A stretch of DNA of 63,787 nucleotides, filler included, from Octopus bimaculoides (taxonomy: Eukaryota), in NCBI RefSeq assembly GCF_001194135.2. It is 6 parts of 6 records of this genome, joined end to end, with 100 filler letters (N's around TTAATTAATTAA, not from the genome) between each part and the next. Parts side by side here need not be neighbours in the genome. Positions count along the whole stretch, not along the records: positions 15,968 to 24,989 come from NC_068988.1; positions 25,090 to 33,688 come from NC_068982.1; positions 33,789 to 53,264 come from NC_068985.1; 3 more parts are not named here. One strand, 5' to 3'. Position 1 is the stretch's first letter. The number at the start of each line of letters is the position of its first letter. The position numbers were made by a program, and so were the translations under genes. The notes beneath the pieces were generated by a model. The model had not been told where the DNA came from. It was given only the letters and a program-made list of their open reading frames with translations, and searched no databases. Below are positions 24,563 through 37,648 of the stretch, in pieces.

Positions 24563-24726
24563 AGGCTCAGGCGTCGTTGGAGCTTGCTTTCTAAACACAT
24601 GGATCCAGGTTCAGTATCACTGCGTGGTATTTTGGGCAAGTGTCTTTTGCTATAGCCCCGGGCCGACCAGCGCCTTGGGAGTGGATTTTGGTAGAAGGAA
24701 GCTGAAAGAAGCCTGTCGTGTGTGTG
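24563..24726 (+). mobile_element. SINE family B, 5' half
   Basis: ccaggttcagtatcactgcgtggtattttgggcaagtgtc...gctgaaagaagcctgtcg matches family B. Confidence 0.85.
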
Positions 24727-25229
24727 GAAGGCGTTTTTCTTTGACAAGAAAGAACAAATAACGGATTTACCTGAGAATGAACTGAAGTTTAAGAAATTGT
24801 TTCGTTCCAGAAACAACCCTCCTTATAATTATAGGTTAGATTAGTTTGAAGAAGATATTTGGTCAATTGTTAAAAATATTAAGTTTCGTAAATCGCCATA
24901 CAAGAACCAGCATTTGAAATATCTTAATACTGTTACCAAACAAGTGAAAAGTGATAAAGGAATTTTCGTTAAATCTGACAAGACTAGAANNNNNNNNNNN
25001 NNNNNNNNNNNNNNNNNNNNNNNNNNNNNNNNNTTAATTAATTAANNNNNNNNNNNNNNNNNNNNNNNNNNNNNNNNNNNNNNNNNNNNTATATATATAT
25101 ATATATTATATATATATATGTATATGTATATTTATATATATATATACATTGATGTCAATATATATATACATATATACATATATACATATATGCATATATG
25201 AATACATACAGATACATACAACACGCATG

Positions 25230-25263
<34 letters not shown>

Positions 25264-25654
25264 CACGCATATATGCATATAAGAGTTACACTGACACGTA
25301 TTTCTTGATTTTGATGAACTTTGCTTTCATTATCAAATATCAAACAAAAATCTAATCAATAGGAAATAATTTATCTATTATCAATTTACCATCAATAAGT
25401 AGAACTTTTGTGCGTGCGTGCGTGCGTGTGTATGTGTGTGTGCGTGCGTGTGTATTTATTTTTGTTTGTGTATGCTTGTGTTTGTGCTATGTATGTGTGT
25501 GTTTGTGCGTGTGCGCGTGAGTGTGTGTGCTTGACATCAATGTAAATGAATGTATATTTCTGTAGGTATATACATTGAAAAGTACCTTTACTCCTGATCT
25601 TTTGACAAATATATTTACAAGGATATAAGCGATTACACCTTAAGACATAGGTGC

Positions 25655-25702
<48 letters not shown>

Positions 25703-25794
25703 NNNNNNNNNNNNNNNNNNNNNNNNNNNNNNNNNNNNNNNNNCACACACGCACATACACACATACACTCACTCACACACTCACACACACACAA

Positions 25795-25876
<82 letters not shown>

Positions 25877-26282
25877 ATATATATATATATATATATACAT
25901 ACATACATACATATATATGTAATGCATACATGCATACATACATACATGCATACATACATGTATACATACCTAACTGCTCCTGTACAATTCTCGCCCATCA
26001 AACTTGCTAGTTATTGTTCAACCCGAGGCTTTTGTAGAAAACACTTAATCATGATACTCCGCGTTGTTTTTTTAAAATAATAAACAGATAGTTACAAAGA
26101 AAACTTCTTAACTGACCGTCATGTCCTTACCATTAAATACTACAGCTTCAATATTTTTGACTAGATAACCTGACTCATAGACTAACATTATGTATACTTA
26201 TAGAGAATTTTATTACTTTTATTACGTTTTTCAGCATATGCTCTATATTTAAAAACAGTCTATTCTGACCGAAATCAACCTT

Positions 26283-26494
26283 GCTGGCAGAAACGTTAGC
26301 ATAACGGGCGAAATGCTTAGCGGTATTTCGTCTGTTGTTACGTTCTGAGTTCAAATTCCGCCGAGGTCGACTTTGCCTTTCATCCTTTCGGGGTCGATAA
26401 ATTAAGTACCAGTTACGCACTGGGTCGATGTAATCGACTTAACCCCTTTGTTTGTCCTCTCTATGTTTAGCCCCTTGTGGGCAATAAAGAAATT
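26283..26494 (+). mobile_element. SINE family A
   Basis: gctggcagaaacgttagc...gagttcaaattccgccgaggtcgactttgcctttcatcctttcggggtcgataaattaagtacc...gggcaataaagaaa. Confidence 0.92.
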
Positions 26495-29400
26495 GAATAT
26501 AGTCCGAGGGAACTACTGACAAAGGTGTCGGGTAAGTGTAATACCTCAAGGTTACTGACCTTGTGCCTAAGTCAGAAACAAACAAGCTTTGTGTTTGTTT
26601 AGAGACGTCTTGATCCAAGACCCGTATGATCAAAAGAATTCCAGGCCTGATGATCCTAAACACTTTCTCGGAGATACATCTAGAACCATATTTGCGAATA
26701 TGATCTTTCTATTTGATGATGGCATAGTTGAAATCGAGCGAGATCTAGATTCGATTTCTAGCATGCTATGCAACAACCTACAGGGCCTTTCGTTAGTTCA
26801 TCTACGGTGATCGATAATTATTGTCAAGAAGATACTTTAGATATTTTCTACTGGCAAAAAGGGAAACGTGTAAGGACAACAAGCCTTCTGTCATTATCCA
26901 ACCCTAAGCCATAGTTTACAGTTTATCACACTGGTAATTGACAATGAGTATTTAGTTCAAATGAACTTTATAATATGTATCTACAATCGACAGTGAGATA
27001 AACTGGGGTTTTTAGATCTTAAAATAACCCGCTTCTTGTAGATTTGAAACTACGACTCACTAGCTCCTTTATTAATGTCTTGTGTACTTGGATGTTACAC
27101 GATGTCTCTGGAAATTTCGCTGTCACTCCCTCCTCCATTTTTGATTTTTATCTGCCATACACACACACGCGCACATCACACACAATCACACACACACGCA
27201 CACCCTCCACACATACACTTGCACACATATACGCATGCATAAAGGAATTATATACATATATACATACACACACAAATACGTATGTACCATCAGATGAATT
27301 CATATATAAAGACGTACGCACATGTACAAACATACCAATATGCATGTATGTGTGTATATTGTTGTTCAGTTGTCAGCGATGCAAGCAGACAAATGTTTTA
27401 GAGTTTGGTATATAATTGGAAATTATTCAGCAAATTAATGACATTGAGAGTCTAAATCTGTATAATTTACCAATAAACAAGAAAGTGGTGGCATTTTAAC
27501 ATTTTTGAAGAACTAGAACTTCTGATATTATCCGACCTTTACTGCAGCTTTGGTAGCACATTGTAATTCTCAGCGTTTGTTTTGTGTGATGGTTCGAACC
27601 CCCCACCTCACAAAAAAGAGCGTAATAGATGAAAAGGCAAAAAAAAAAAAAAACACGCAAAAATAAATAAATAAAATAAAAAATAAAAAAATCTACGTGA
27701 TAAAATCCACAACAGTATTCCTCTTTTTATCCTCTGCCTTTTTTCTTTCACTGAAAGATAAATATTTTATTATTTGTAGATATTTTCACCCTAATATAAC
27801 CATTTCTAGATTATTTTAAACATTCTGATAAATATTGCATTACTTGGTATATTTCAATGCCGAGGGCTAACTCTGTTTGCTGACGTTTGTATAGTTAAAT
27901 CTGTTTATCTTTGATTTGCTCTGGAATCGAGTTCATTCTGTCAGCACTAAATAACAGATCTGGTGTGTTTCAAAGAACTGTTCCAGCTGATGAAGCATTA
28001 TTTTCTAACTGAAAAAACAAAACAACAGCATCCACAATCCTGTGTTCTTACTGGCTCAGCTGCACATGATTTTTTTTTTGCGTGTGTGTCAAGCGAATTG
28101 AAAGTACTTCCGGCAGCTGCCGTGAGCATGGTGAGACATTTACGCAGTGAATGACAGATTGGTCTTCAAAAAGTAATGTTTTGAGAAGTTAATTCTCGAG
28201 ATGGCAGCTGATTCTTGCGGTTAGTATGATGATCGAGTTTTAAAAGTTCTTTACACTTCCTGAACTTTGTTTTTCTTTTCTCAAAATAAAAGTTTTATAG
28301 ATTTAAATAATGTTTATCAATTCCTTCAATATTTTCAACAATTCTAAAGTGAACGTGTTGTATTCCTCATGTGGTATTTCTCTTTTACACGGAGAAGGAA
28401 ATCGGTATCAGCCTTACGTATAAAACTTTCAGGATGGTAAAATGTACCTACCCATACATACATACATACATACATACCTACCTACATACATACATACATA
28501 CATACATGCATGCATACATGCATACATACATGCATACATACATATATACATACATATGTACGTACGTATGTATGTACGATTGTATGTATGAATGTGTGTG
28601 CGAATGTATTTAAGTGAGTATGTATGTGTGTGTATATATACCATCATACCATTTCTATGAAACTGAATGCAGAAAACGATGAACTGTTTATATTCAGAAT
28701 ACTTCTAAGAATGTAAACACCGTTCGTATTTTTTTAATAAATTATTCAGGAAGAGAAAAAGAGGGAAGACACCATGACTTGCGAATGTTCTCCCAGACTG
28801 TTAAGATTAATGAGGTTGCTTACTTGATTTCAAAACAACTTTCTAACCATATCACAAACATGTCTATTACTCTCTGAAAATTTCTATTAATTTATACGAC
28901 TCATGATAAGAAACAATACACTTACCTCATAATTGAAATAACTGACAATATATAGGATATATGAGACGATTTAAGAAGGGACACTGATTTTTATTGCTTC
29001 TTTTGGGATAACAATTATATAATACTAGTAGTAACACCGCCTTCCGGGTGGTTTTTTGCTAGTGTATGTTGAATTTATATATTCGAATGTGGGAACAAAT
29101 AACGCAATATGTATATTGCATTATTGTATTGTAGTCAATTTGTTAAATGAAACCAATATATTACCTAACAATCAATACAAAGTCAACGACATAGACACAA
29201 ATATTAATCCAGGGCTTTTGTTATTGAAAGGACTGTGGTTTGCACATCTGTGTGTAACCGAATAAAACTTGAAATGAGAGATTTCTATGTAATTTTGATA
29301 CAACTAAATAGATATAACGTGGAAGTTTTCACAAATATTCTCACTGTATCTCAAAGAAATACTTTGTAATCACTTATGAAAGCAGTTGAAAAGAGAGGGT

Positions 29401-30129
29401 TCAGGAAGAGAAAAACCAAGACAAATCGAAATAGAGGCGAGGGACTAAAAGGTTAAAAACGTACAATGAGGAGAGGAGTGAAAGAACAAAAGTTACAGAG
29501 AAAGTGAGACTAAAAAGAATAGAGAAAGTAAACAAAAAAAATGTTTGTAATCCCATATTTCTAATGAAAACAATTGAATAGAAGCGATTTTGTATTCTAA
29601 TAGAAATGTTAAACGAAATCAGTATATTACCTAACTATAAACGCAAAGTCGACGACTTAGGCACGGAAAATAACCAAAGGTTTTCATTATTTAAAGGACT
29701 ATATTTTTGTATAACGGAATAAAACTCGAAATGTAAATGTAGTGAAAAGGTTTTCACAATAATTCTTAAAGTATCTCTAAGAAAAACTTTGTAATCACGT
29801 AACTTTAAAGAAAATAATTAAATAGAGGTGGTTCAGAGAGGTAGATAGATACATAGATAAATAGAAAGAGAGAAGGAGATAGAGAGAGAGAGAGAAATAG
29901 AGATGCAAGGAAAGAAACTAAGGTTTAGAATGAGAGAAGAAAAGTTAGAAGGATTGAGAAAGAGAAAGACAATAGAAATAGAGAATAGAAGCAATAAACA
30001 AATGAATGAATAAAGAGAGAGAGAGAAAGTGAGTGAGGGAGAAAGAGAGAGAAAGAAGAGAGTAAGACATTAATTCTCGTAGTGAACTGAAATTAGTTTT
30101 CTGACTGAATCGTATAGTTGAAATTATCT

Positions 30130-30310
30130 TTTTCTACCCTAGGCACAAGGACCGAAATTTTTGGGGAAGAGGCCAGTCGATTAGATTGACTCCGAAAGGA
30201 TGAAAGGCAAAGTCGACCTCGGCGGATTTTGAACTCAGAGCATAAAAGACAGACGAAATACCGCTAAGCATTTCGCCCGGCGTGCTAACGTTTCTGCCAG
30301 CTCGCCGCCT
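30130..30310 (-). mobile_element. SINE family A
   Basis: Reverse complement of aggcggcgagctggcagaaacgttagcacgccgggcgaaatgcttagcgg..., with an internal deletion. Confidence 0.9.
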
Positions 30311-31078
30311 GATAGCCACCAGACTTTTAATTCTCAATTCATCCAGAATGAAATATTTCTGGACCAAAAGGCTGCTCTGTAAAATTGACGACTGTCAAGA
30401 TGGTCTGCTATGCTAAATAAAAGTCTTCTCTGTCAGGAATAGGCAATAAGAGACTACTTGATTGTATCCATCAACTGAATCACTGTATGAAGAGCATTTT
30501 TTTTTTCGCTATTGCTTCTAAAGCCGAAATACGTTTACAAGACATGGAAAAATGTATGTCTGCATGTGTGTCACAATGTTTGTGTGTTTGCGCGCGTGTG
30601 GGTGTTTGTGTGTTTGCGCGCGTGTGGGTGTTTGTGTACGTGCGTGTGTGCTGTTTTGAAAATATGACTGTACTCTAGTTTTCTTTTATTTGTCAAGTAG
30701 TTTGTTTCCTAAAGTAAAATTTTCAAATCCATTACTTTCAGAATCAATTGATGTTGCTGTATATTGCTGTATCTTTTTAGTAGACAGGACAAACGTCATT
30801 AGTATAGATATTAAAGTCAGAATATTTGTCCAAACAGATAAAAAAAATATGAATGTTAAAATCTCTACTTAGAAATACATTTAGATTCTCTTTTACAAAT
30901 GCAGGACTAGAAAAAAGAAATTCAAAGAATAAAACAAACACTAATCAACAACGCGTATTCTATGTACAAAGAAATAATAATCTTTATGCTACATCTATTG
31001 CTAAAACTCAAAACAATACATAAAGTGTATTGTGAATGAAATGCGTACTAATTCCATAGTCGATAAACGCAATTTTGC

Positions 31079-31187
31079 TTTCAAATTTTGGCACAAGGCC
31101 AGAAGTTTCGGAGGAGGGAGTAAGTCGATTACACCAACCTCATTGCTCAACTGGTACTTTATTTATCGACCCCGAATGATGAAAGCT
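31079..31187 (-). mobile_element. SINE family A 3' fragment
   Basis: tttcaaattttggcacaaggccag...ggtacttatttatcgaccccgaatgatgaaag. Confidence 0.8.
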
Positions 31188-31223
31188 TGCCGCCTAAGAT
31201 AAACTCAATATTAAAATCATCAT

Positions 31224-31420
31224 AAGGCGGTGAGCTGGCAAAATGTACACCGGGTAAAATGCTTAGCGGTATTTCGTTCGTCTTCATGCTCTGAGTTCAA
31301 TTTCCGCCGAGGTCGACTTTGCTTTTCATCCTTTCGGGATAGATAAACTTAGTACTAGTCGATGTATTTCGAATTACTGCATTCCCTGAACTTGCTGGCC
31401 TTGTGCCAAAATTTGAAACC
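31224..31420 (+). mobile_element. SINE family A with probable 12-bp TSD
   Basis: Family A head and core. tattaaaatcat flanks it at 31210-31221 and 31423-31434. Confidence 0.88.
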
Positions 31421-31978
31421 AGTATTAAAATCATAAAACAGAACGCAAAACTCATTAATAATGTCGATACTTAAGTACAACTAATATATTACAAAAGTAT
31501 AACAACAATGCAACCTCCAACGACATCACCACAACCAACACGACCATTGCCATCACATTGCTAACAGCACGTCAAATATAAATAACATCATTTAAACCAC
31601 CGACGTCATCTAAACCACTACCATTATCAGCAGCAACAGCAATACCACCACCTCCAATGTTAACGTCAACGCTACTCCACCTATCATCTTAAAAATGGAT
31701 ATTACATAGGATAATGCAGTCCTGGGTCCATGCACAGAAAAAAAGCGTGATGGTGATGGTTGGCTTGCATTTGACCATTGGTCAGTTCGATGAAAGTTGA
31801 AATTAGTAGTTTTCTTCTTACTTTATTATTTTATTCATTTATTTTTATTATTTTCATGTTCCATATCCAACTTTCTTCTTTTCCTTATATACCCTAATAC
31901 TCTTCTATCTGCTCCCTTCTCAGCTTGTCTCTTTTTATCTTTCACGTTTTTTAAAACGTTTAGTTATTCATTCTCTTT

Positions 31979-32244
31979 CAAGAAAATCAAATCCAATGCA
32001 CCCTCTTAAAGCCTAGCCAGGCGCATGGGCCCGGCTTCCCGGTTTCAATGGCGTACGTGTTCCCCAGTTGGACGGGACGCCAGTCCATCGCAGCGTTACT
32101 CATTTTTGCTAGATGAGTGGACTAGAGTAGCGTGAAATGAAGTGTTTTGCTCAAGAAAGCAACTCGTCGCCCGGTCCAGGAATCGAAACCACAATCTTAC
32201 GATCATGATGCTGACACCCTAACTACTAGGCTACACGCCTCCAC
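31979..32244 (-). mobile_element. tRNA-derived SINE family D with 13-bp TSD
   Basis: Minus strand gtggaggcgtgtagcctagtagttagggtgtcagcatcatgatc...ggtttcgattcctggacc...ttgagcaaaacacttcatttcacg. TSD attcattctcttt at 31966-31978 and 32245-32257. Confidence 0.9.
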
Positions 32245-33624
32245 ATTCATTCTCTTTACATGATANNNNNNNNNNNNNNNNNNNNNNNNNNNNNNNNNNN
32301 NNNNNNNNNNNNNNNNNNNNNNNNNNNNNNNNNNNNNNNNNNNNNNNNNNNNNNNNNNNNNNNNNNNNNNNNNNNNNNNNNNNNNNNNNNNNNNNNNNNN
32401 NNNNNNNNNNNNNNNNNNNNNNNNNNNNNNNNNNNNNNNNNNNNNNNNNNNNNNNNNNNNNNNNNNNNNNNNNNNNNNNNNNNNNNNNNNNNNNNNNNNN
32501 NNNNNNNNNNNNNNNNNNNNNNNNNNNNNNNNNNNNNNNNNNNNNNNNNNNNNNNNNNNNNNNNNNNNNNNNNNNNNNNNNNNNNNNNNNNNNNNNNNNN
32601 NNNNNNNNNNNNNNNNNNNNNNNNNNNNNNNNNNNNNNNNNNNNNNNNNNNNNNNNNNNNNNNNNNNNNNNNNNNNNNNNNNNNNNNNNNNNNNNNNNNN
32701 NNNNNNNNNNNNNNNNNNNNNNNNNNNNNNNNNNNNNNNNNNNNNNNNNNNNNNNNNNNNNNNNNNNNNNNNNNNNNNNNNNNNNNNNNNNNNNNNNNNN
32801 NNNNNNNNNNNNNNNNNNNNNNNNNNNNNNNNNNNNNNNNNNNNNNNNNNNNNNNNNNNNNNNNNNNNNNNNNNNNNNNNNNNNNNNNNNNNNNNNNNNN
32901 NNNNNNNNNNNNNNNNNNNNNNNNNNNNNNNNNNNNNNNNNNNNNNNNNNNNNNNATATATATGTGCGTTATTAAAAAGTGTATATGTATATATTTTTGC
33001 TGCTTTTTAATAAAGTATATATATATATATATGCTTTATTAAAAAGCATCAAAAATATCACAAAAGCTGTTACTCAGAGTTTCACGTTCCAGTTCGTCGG
33101 ACAGTTTTGTATAGAATGGAGCAAGATAAAGCTATATGCAGAAATAGAATTACTTTGATTGATACATATTTGAAAATGGTTTTGTTTCATTGTTCCTTTC
33201 AACTAACGGTCTTTTCAATAACCAGTTGCATGAAATAACAAATTGCGGCTTAAAATCAGATTATTATAAAAATGGAAGAAAATCTTAAATTAAAAATAGC
33301 TTATGAAGGAGAAAGGCCTGAATACCAGGGTAAAAACTTTGCTTAGGCCTCTGGGCAGTTATCACCAAGCTTATGTCAAAATATGATGCAGATTCTCTGC
33401 TCAACTTTCTATGTCATGGTCAATGGGACGATCACACGCTACACATCTTCCTTCCAAGCACTGCTGTAAACAGCGGAAGTGAACTAGAACACTAAAACTT
33501 AGTGCACATGCACAACAGAAGTGAAAGTCAATCTGTGACAGGCGGATTTACTCTGCGTGCTTTAGCATCGTTACTATGGCAACAATCCGGATACTTAGTG
33601 ATGAGACCACGTATATATGTATGC

Positions 33625-33688
<64 letters not shown>

Positions 33689-33788
33689 NNNNNNNNNNNN
33701 NNNNNNNNNNNNNNNNNNNNNNNNNNNNNNNNTTAATTAATTAANNNNNNNNNNNNNNNNNNNNNNNNNNNNNNNNNNNNNNNNNNNN

Positions 33789-33995
33789 ATGATCAGAGAT
33801 GCACATATCGTCAGCCACCAAGGGACATGCTCAACTGGTTAAGGTCAAACAACTGACAAGCAAATCTGTGGTATTAAGCAGAATATTTGCTGTAGCTCAT
33901 CTTTTATACCAAGACAAAACAATGTACAAGATAACACTTCCAATCAATTAAGATCAGAAGCCATGAGGGCAACTGCCTGGTATTGCATCAGGGCA

Positions 33996-33996
<1 letters not shown>
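33789..33996 (-). mobile_element. Repeat family E, second copy
   Basis: Matches about 15050-15259. Followed directly by (ATT)n at 33997-34063; the left side is lost in the gap. Confidence 0.8.
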
Positions 33997-34064
<68 letters not shown>

Positions 34065-34199
34065 GTGAGCTACATACAATAGTGAGGGTGAACAAATTGC
34101 TCTAAAAAGATAAGCTGTTAGCACAGTTAATAAAAAGTGAAATGTCAATTAAGCAGTTAGTAAAATACTGGAAACAGTGCTATCGTTCAAATAGTGACT

Positions 34200-34560
34200 T
34201 CTTTATTCCTCGTTGTATTTGGTTTGAAAGATTCTCGATGTGGATTCGTGTGTTGTAACAGATTTTGCTGTATGTCGGGTGGGTTATAATGTCAATAATA
34301 AAAATACGCACTGGTTCTAATCCCCAACTTTTATTATTTTAAGTCAATTCATAAACATTTAACGATTAATTAAACAATCGATTAGTTATTCGGGTAATTA
34401 TTACAGATTTGAAAACTACTACTAATAAAATAAAAACTACTAATAATAAAATAAAAACTACTACTAATAAAATAAAAACTACTAATAATAATAAGTGAAA
34501 CAGACAGTGCGTGTGTCTATTACTGACGTAATGACCCTTCCGAAGTACACCAAAATTCTT
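34200..34560. mobile_element. Diverged copy of the palindromic family at 39108-39450, with an internal A-rich minisatellite
   Basis: aagattctcgatgtggattcgtgtgttg...acgcactggttc and cagtgcgtgtgtctattac match the arms of the 39.1-39.5 kb element. aaaactactactaataaaata-like units repeat about 4 times. Confidence 0.6.
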
Positions 34561-34870
34561 TGTTCCTGTTTCTCATTCATTACTTTATTAAAACGTAAAA
34601 CTTTCCTCTTGACTGCAATCCACAAGTCTTGTCTTTGGATTCAGGTAATTCTTAGATTTTTGTCTTGACAAAGAAGACCTTAATCCAGATTCTAACAAGG
34701 ATGTTGTTGCAAATGGAATGGAGACAGTTCTTGGTCATAATTCCTTAAGGTTAAATCTACATATGTAGAATAATAAGGTTGTTGGTGTGCTTAATAGGAT
34801 AAAGTTATTTTCAAAAGTTAGTTAATACTTTATTTTGGCAAGTGACTTTAATGAAGTATATACTTTAGTG

Positions 34871-35209
34871 TAATGTTTCTGAACCATTGTTTATCTATGG
34901 ACTCCTTTGACAACTATTTTATTCTGGTGGACCCCCATCGCCTTTCGATGATGATAAACTAGTTTTATAGGTACTTCTTTCAAAATTCCTAGTTTGTTTT
35001 TCATACATTAAATTGTGGAGGTTGGACTGCTTAAAATATCAGAGAAAAAATACCTAGCTGTTTCTTGTAGTAAATACATCTAAGGCAAAATTTTTCACGG
35101 ATCCCTAAAATACAATTGTGGAGCCCCAGTTTACTATTTTGGTTGCGCGGACTTCCAAAAATCTTATATGGACCCTCAGGAGTCATAAGGACCTGGTTGG
35201 GAACCATTG
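34871..35209. mobile_element. hAT (Charlie-like) MITE with 8-bp TSD
   Basis: Ends taatgtttctgaacc / ggttgggaaccattg resemble CAGTGGTTCCCAACC. Flanks ctttagtg (34863-34870) and ctttagta (35210-35217). Confidence 0.75.
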
Positions 35210-36909
35210 CTTTAGTATATTGTACATATTTTATTAGAGTATATATTTTATCAGAGTATATACTATATAACAAAACAAAGTATATTCCTTAATTTACTAA
35301 ATTTGAAATTCTTTCTTATAGCATTTTTATGTTATTCTTCCTTATACATATAGCTTTTGTCTCCTAATCTTTTGAAAATACGAACATTATTTCTGTTTTA
35401 ATTCGTGCCAGTTGAGTACGGGGGTCGATGGAATTGACTCACCTATTCCCCTGAAGTTGCTGGCCTTGTGCCAGAATTTGAAACTAATATTATTTCTATC
35501 TTATTTATTTATTTATTTATTTTATATCGCTTACCCAGAAGGAAAGGTCAGTATTTCATGACCTTACATATGCCACCAATATTGGTGGAAAGAAAAAAGG
35601 AAGGAATCTCCGGACAGGAGTCCTGGCTGGAATGCTTACAAAAGACTGGACGTCGTTAAAAGCACCCAAGGGCCAGGTTCTGGCGTTAAAGATGGCGACA
35701 GAAGTGAAATAGAACCAGCGCGTGACTCAAGTAAGTTACAGGAGGATGTGAAATAAGATTACAAGAGCCGGAACAATTCCGCAATTTCACCATTTTAGAC
35801 TAGTAATTTTATAGATTCGGGAAGGATGAAAATAAAGCTGACCTCGGCTGAAAAACGCAAAGAGGTGGAAGTTCCGCAAGGCATTTCATCCGGCGTTCCA
35901 ACTTACCCTATCCATGTCCCACGCCTTAAATACTTGACATTCACAAAACTTTCAAAATCGAGNNNNNNNNNNNNNNNNNNNNNNNNNNNNNNNNNNNNNN
36001 NNNNNNNNNNNNNNNNNNNNNNNNNNNNNNNNNNNNNNNNNNNNNNNNNNNNNNNNNNNNNNNNNNNNNNNNNNNNNNNNNNNNNNNNNNNNNNNNNNNN
36101 NNNNNNNNNNNNNNNNNNNNNNNNNNNNNNNNNNNNNNNNNNNNNNNNNNNNNNNNNNNNNNNNNNNNNNNNNNNNNNNNNNNNNNNNNNNNNNNNNNNN
36201 NNATTTATTCGTTTACTCCAATTTTTACAAAATACCTTATATTCATTCAGCTTTTTTAATTTTTATTTTTGCTTCCATTTGAAATTTTTTATTCATTTTT
36301 TCCAGATAGTTTTTATTCATTCAAATTTTCTTTTTTTTTTATTAGAATTTTTTCTTCCTATTCCTTTTTTTCCACTCATTTTTTTATATTTTATAAATGT
36401 TTAATTTAAAAAAAAAAAAGAAATATATATTGTGTTATTGAAGGAGTATTTAGAGCAGAATAATTGTCAATAAAACAATAAAGAAAGGCATGAAAAAACC
36501 CCCAACAAAAATGAAGCGAACAACGATGTGAGAAAAGAGAAAGAAAAAACAGAAAATAATATGAAATGAAAAATGAATGAAAGAATCAAGGGGAGGAAGA
36601 CGAAAAAGAAATAAATCAAAGAGAAAAAAACCAATGAAGATAAATAAAAAATAAAAAAAACAGAAGAAATTAGACAAGAGAAAAAACGCAAATATTATTG
36701 AGAGAAGGCAGACGATAAAATTGAATAACTGAAAGACATGCAGGCCTTTGTACACAAATACATGAAATACATTTGAAAAAGAAATTTAAATAAAATGCTG
36801 AACCATTAAATAATGAATACATGACTGAACGATTAGATTCCATTTGCAATGTAAAGGTTAATTTTTTTTTTTAGTTGATAGCCATATTAGTAGAAGTATT
36901 AACATTAAG

Positions 36910-37125
36910 AAGGCAGTTGACTGGTATATTCGTTAGAGCGTTGGACAATATGCCTTCCGGTAATTATTTACGTTTCTGTACATTTTGATTTCTAATCTTG
37001 TCGAGGTCAACATTGTTTTTCATCTTTTTCAGTTCGTTAAAATAAATACCAGTCCAGTAATGGAGACGAATTAATCGAAATAACCTTCTTCTTAAATTTG
37101 TAATCTTGCGTCGATGTTAAAAATT
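36910..37125 (+). mobile_element. Old diverged SINE family A copy
   Basis: aaggcagttgactgg...gtcgaggtcaacattgtttttcatctttttcagttcgttaaaataaatacc is recognisable family A architecture. Confidence 0.7.
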
Positions 37126-37648
37126 ACTGCAAACCACTGCTAAGCTGGCAGTTATTAGGATCACTGCTGTAGTAGCTACTGCGAAGGAGGTAGTATGGAA
37201 AACGCGAGTGAGAGGGATCGTGACAGGCATTTTCATCTCTAGCCCTGGGTCAGTTTAACTTGTTTCGTTTCCACATGAAAAGAAAAATAAGGCTGGAGAG
37301 GAGATGCCTGTCACACGGAATGTTTCGGAAAAGATGGAAGACCGTAGCAAGTGTGTTGAGTGTGAAGGAACTTGTTTGAGCGAGAACATAAGAGGTCTAC
37401 CAAATATTCAGTGTTGGAATGTGGTTTGTGGGGTCAACCATGTCCCTCACTCTATTTTTGTTAATTCATCCGATCATATACTCACCCATCATTATTTTTA
37501 ATTGTGTACCATGTTGTTGTATCATTCGTCCTCCGACCCCTTACCTGTCCTTGTATTGTCCCCACCCCTGTATCTTTGATTGTAATGGTTAAAGAATAGA
37601 GTTATCAGAACCGTTACATTATTGAACACGTCTTATAATATTTAGATA

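Noticed and set aside
26645-26700. CTGATGA-tcc...gga-GATAC hammerhead-like motif and adjacent imperfect palindrome
   Set aside because: GAAA is mutated, there is no GUH, and it lies in a degenerate repeat fragment.
27986-28020. CTGATGA...GAAA within the E-box cluster
   Set aside because: Only 2 bp of stem II and no stem III or cleavage triplet.
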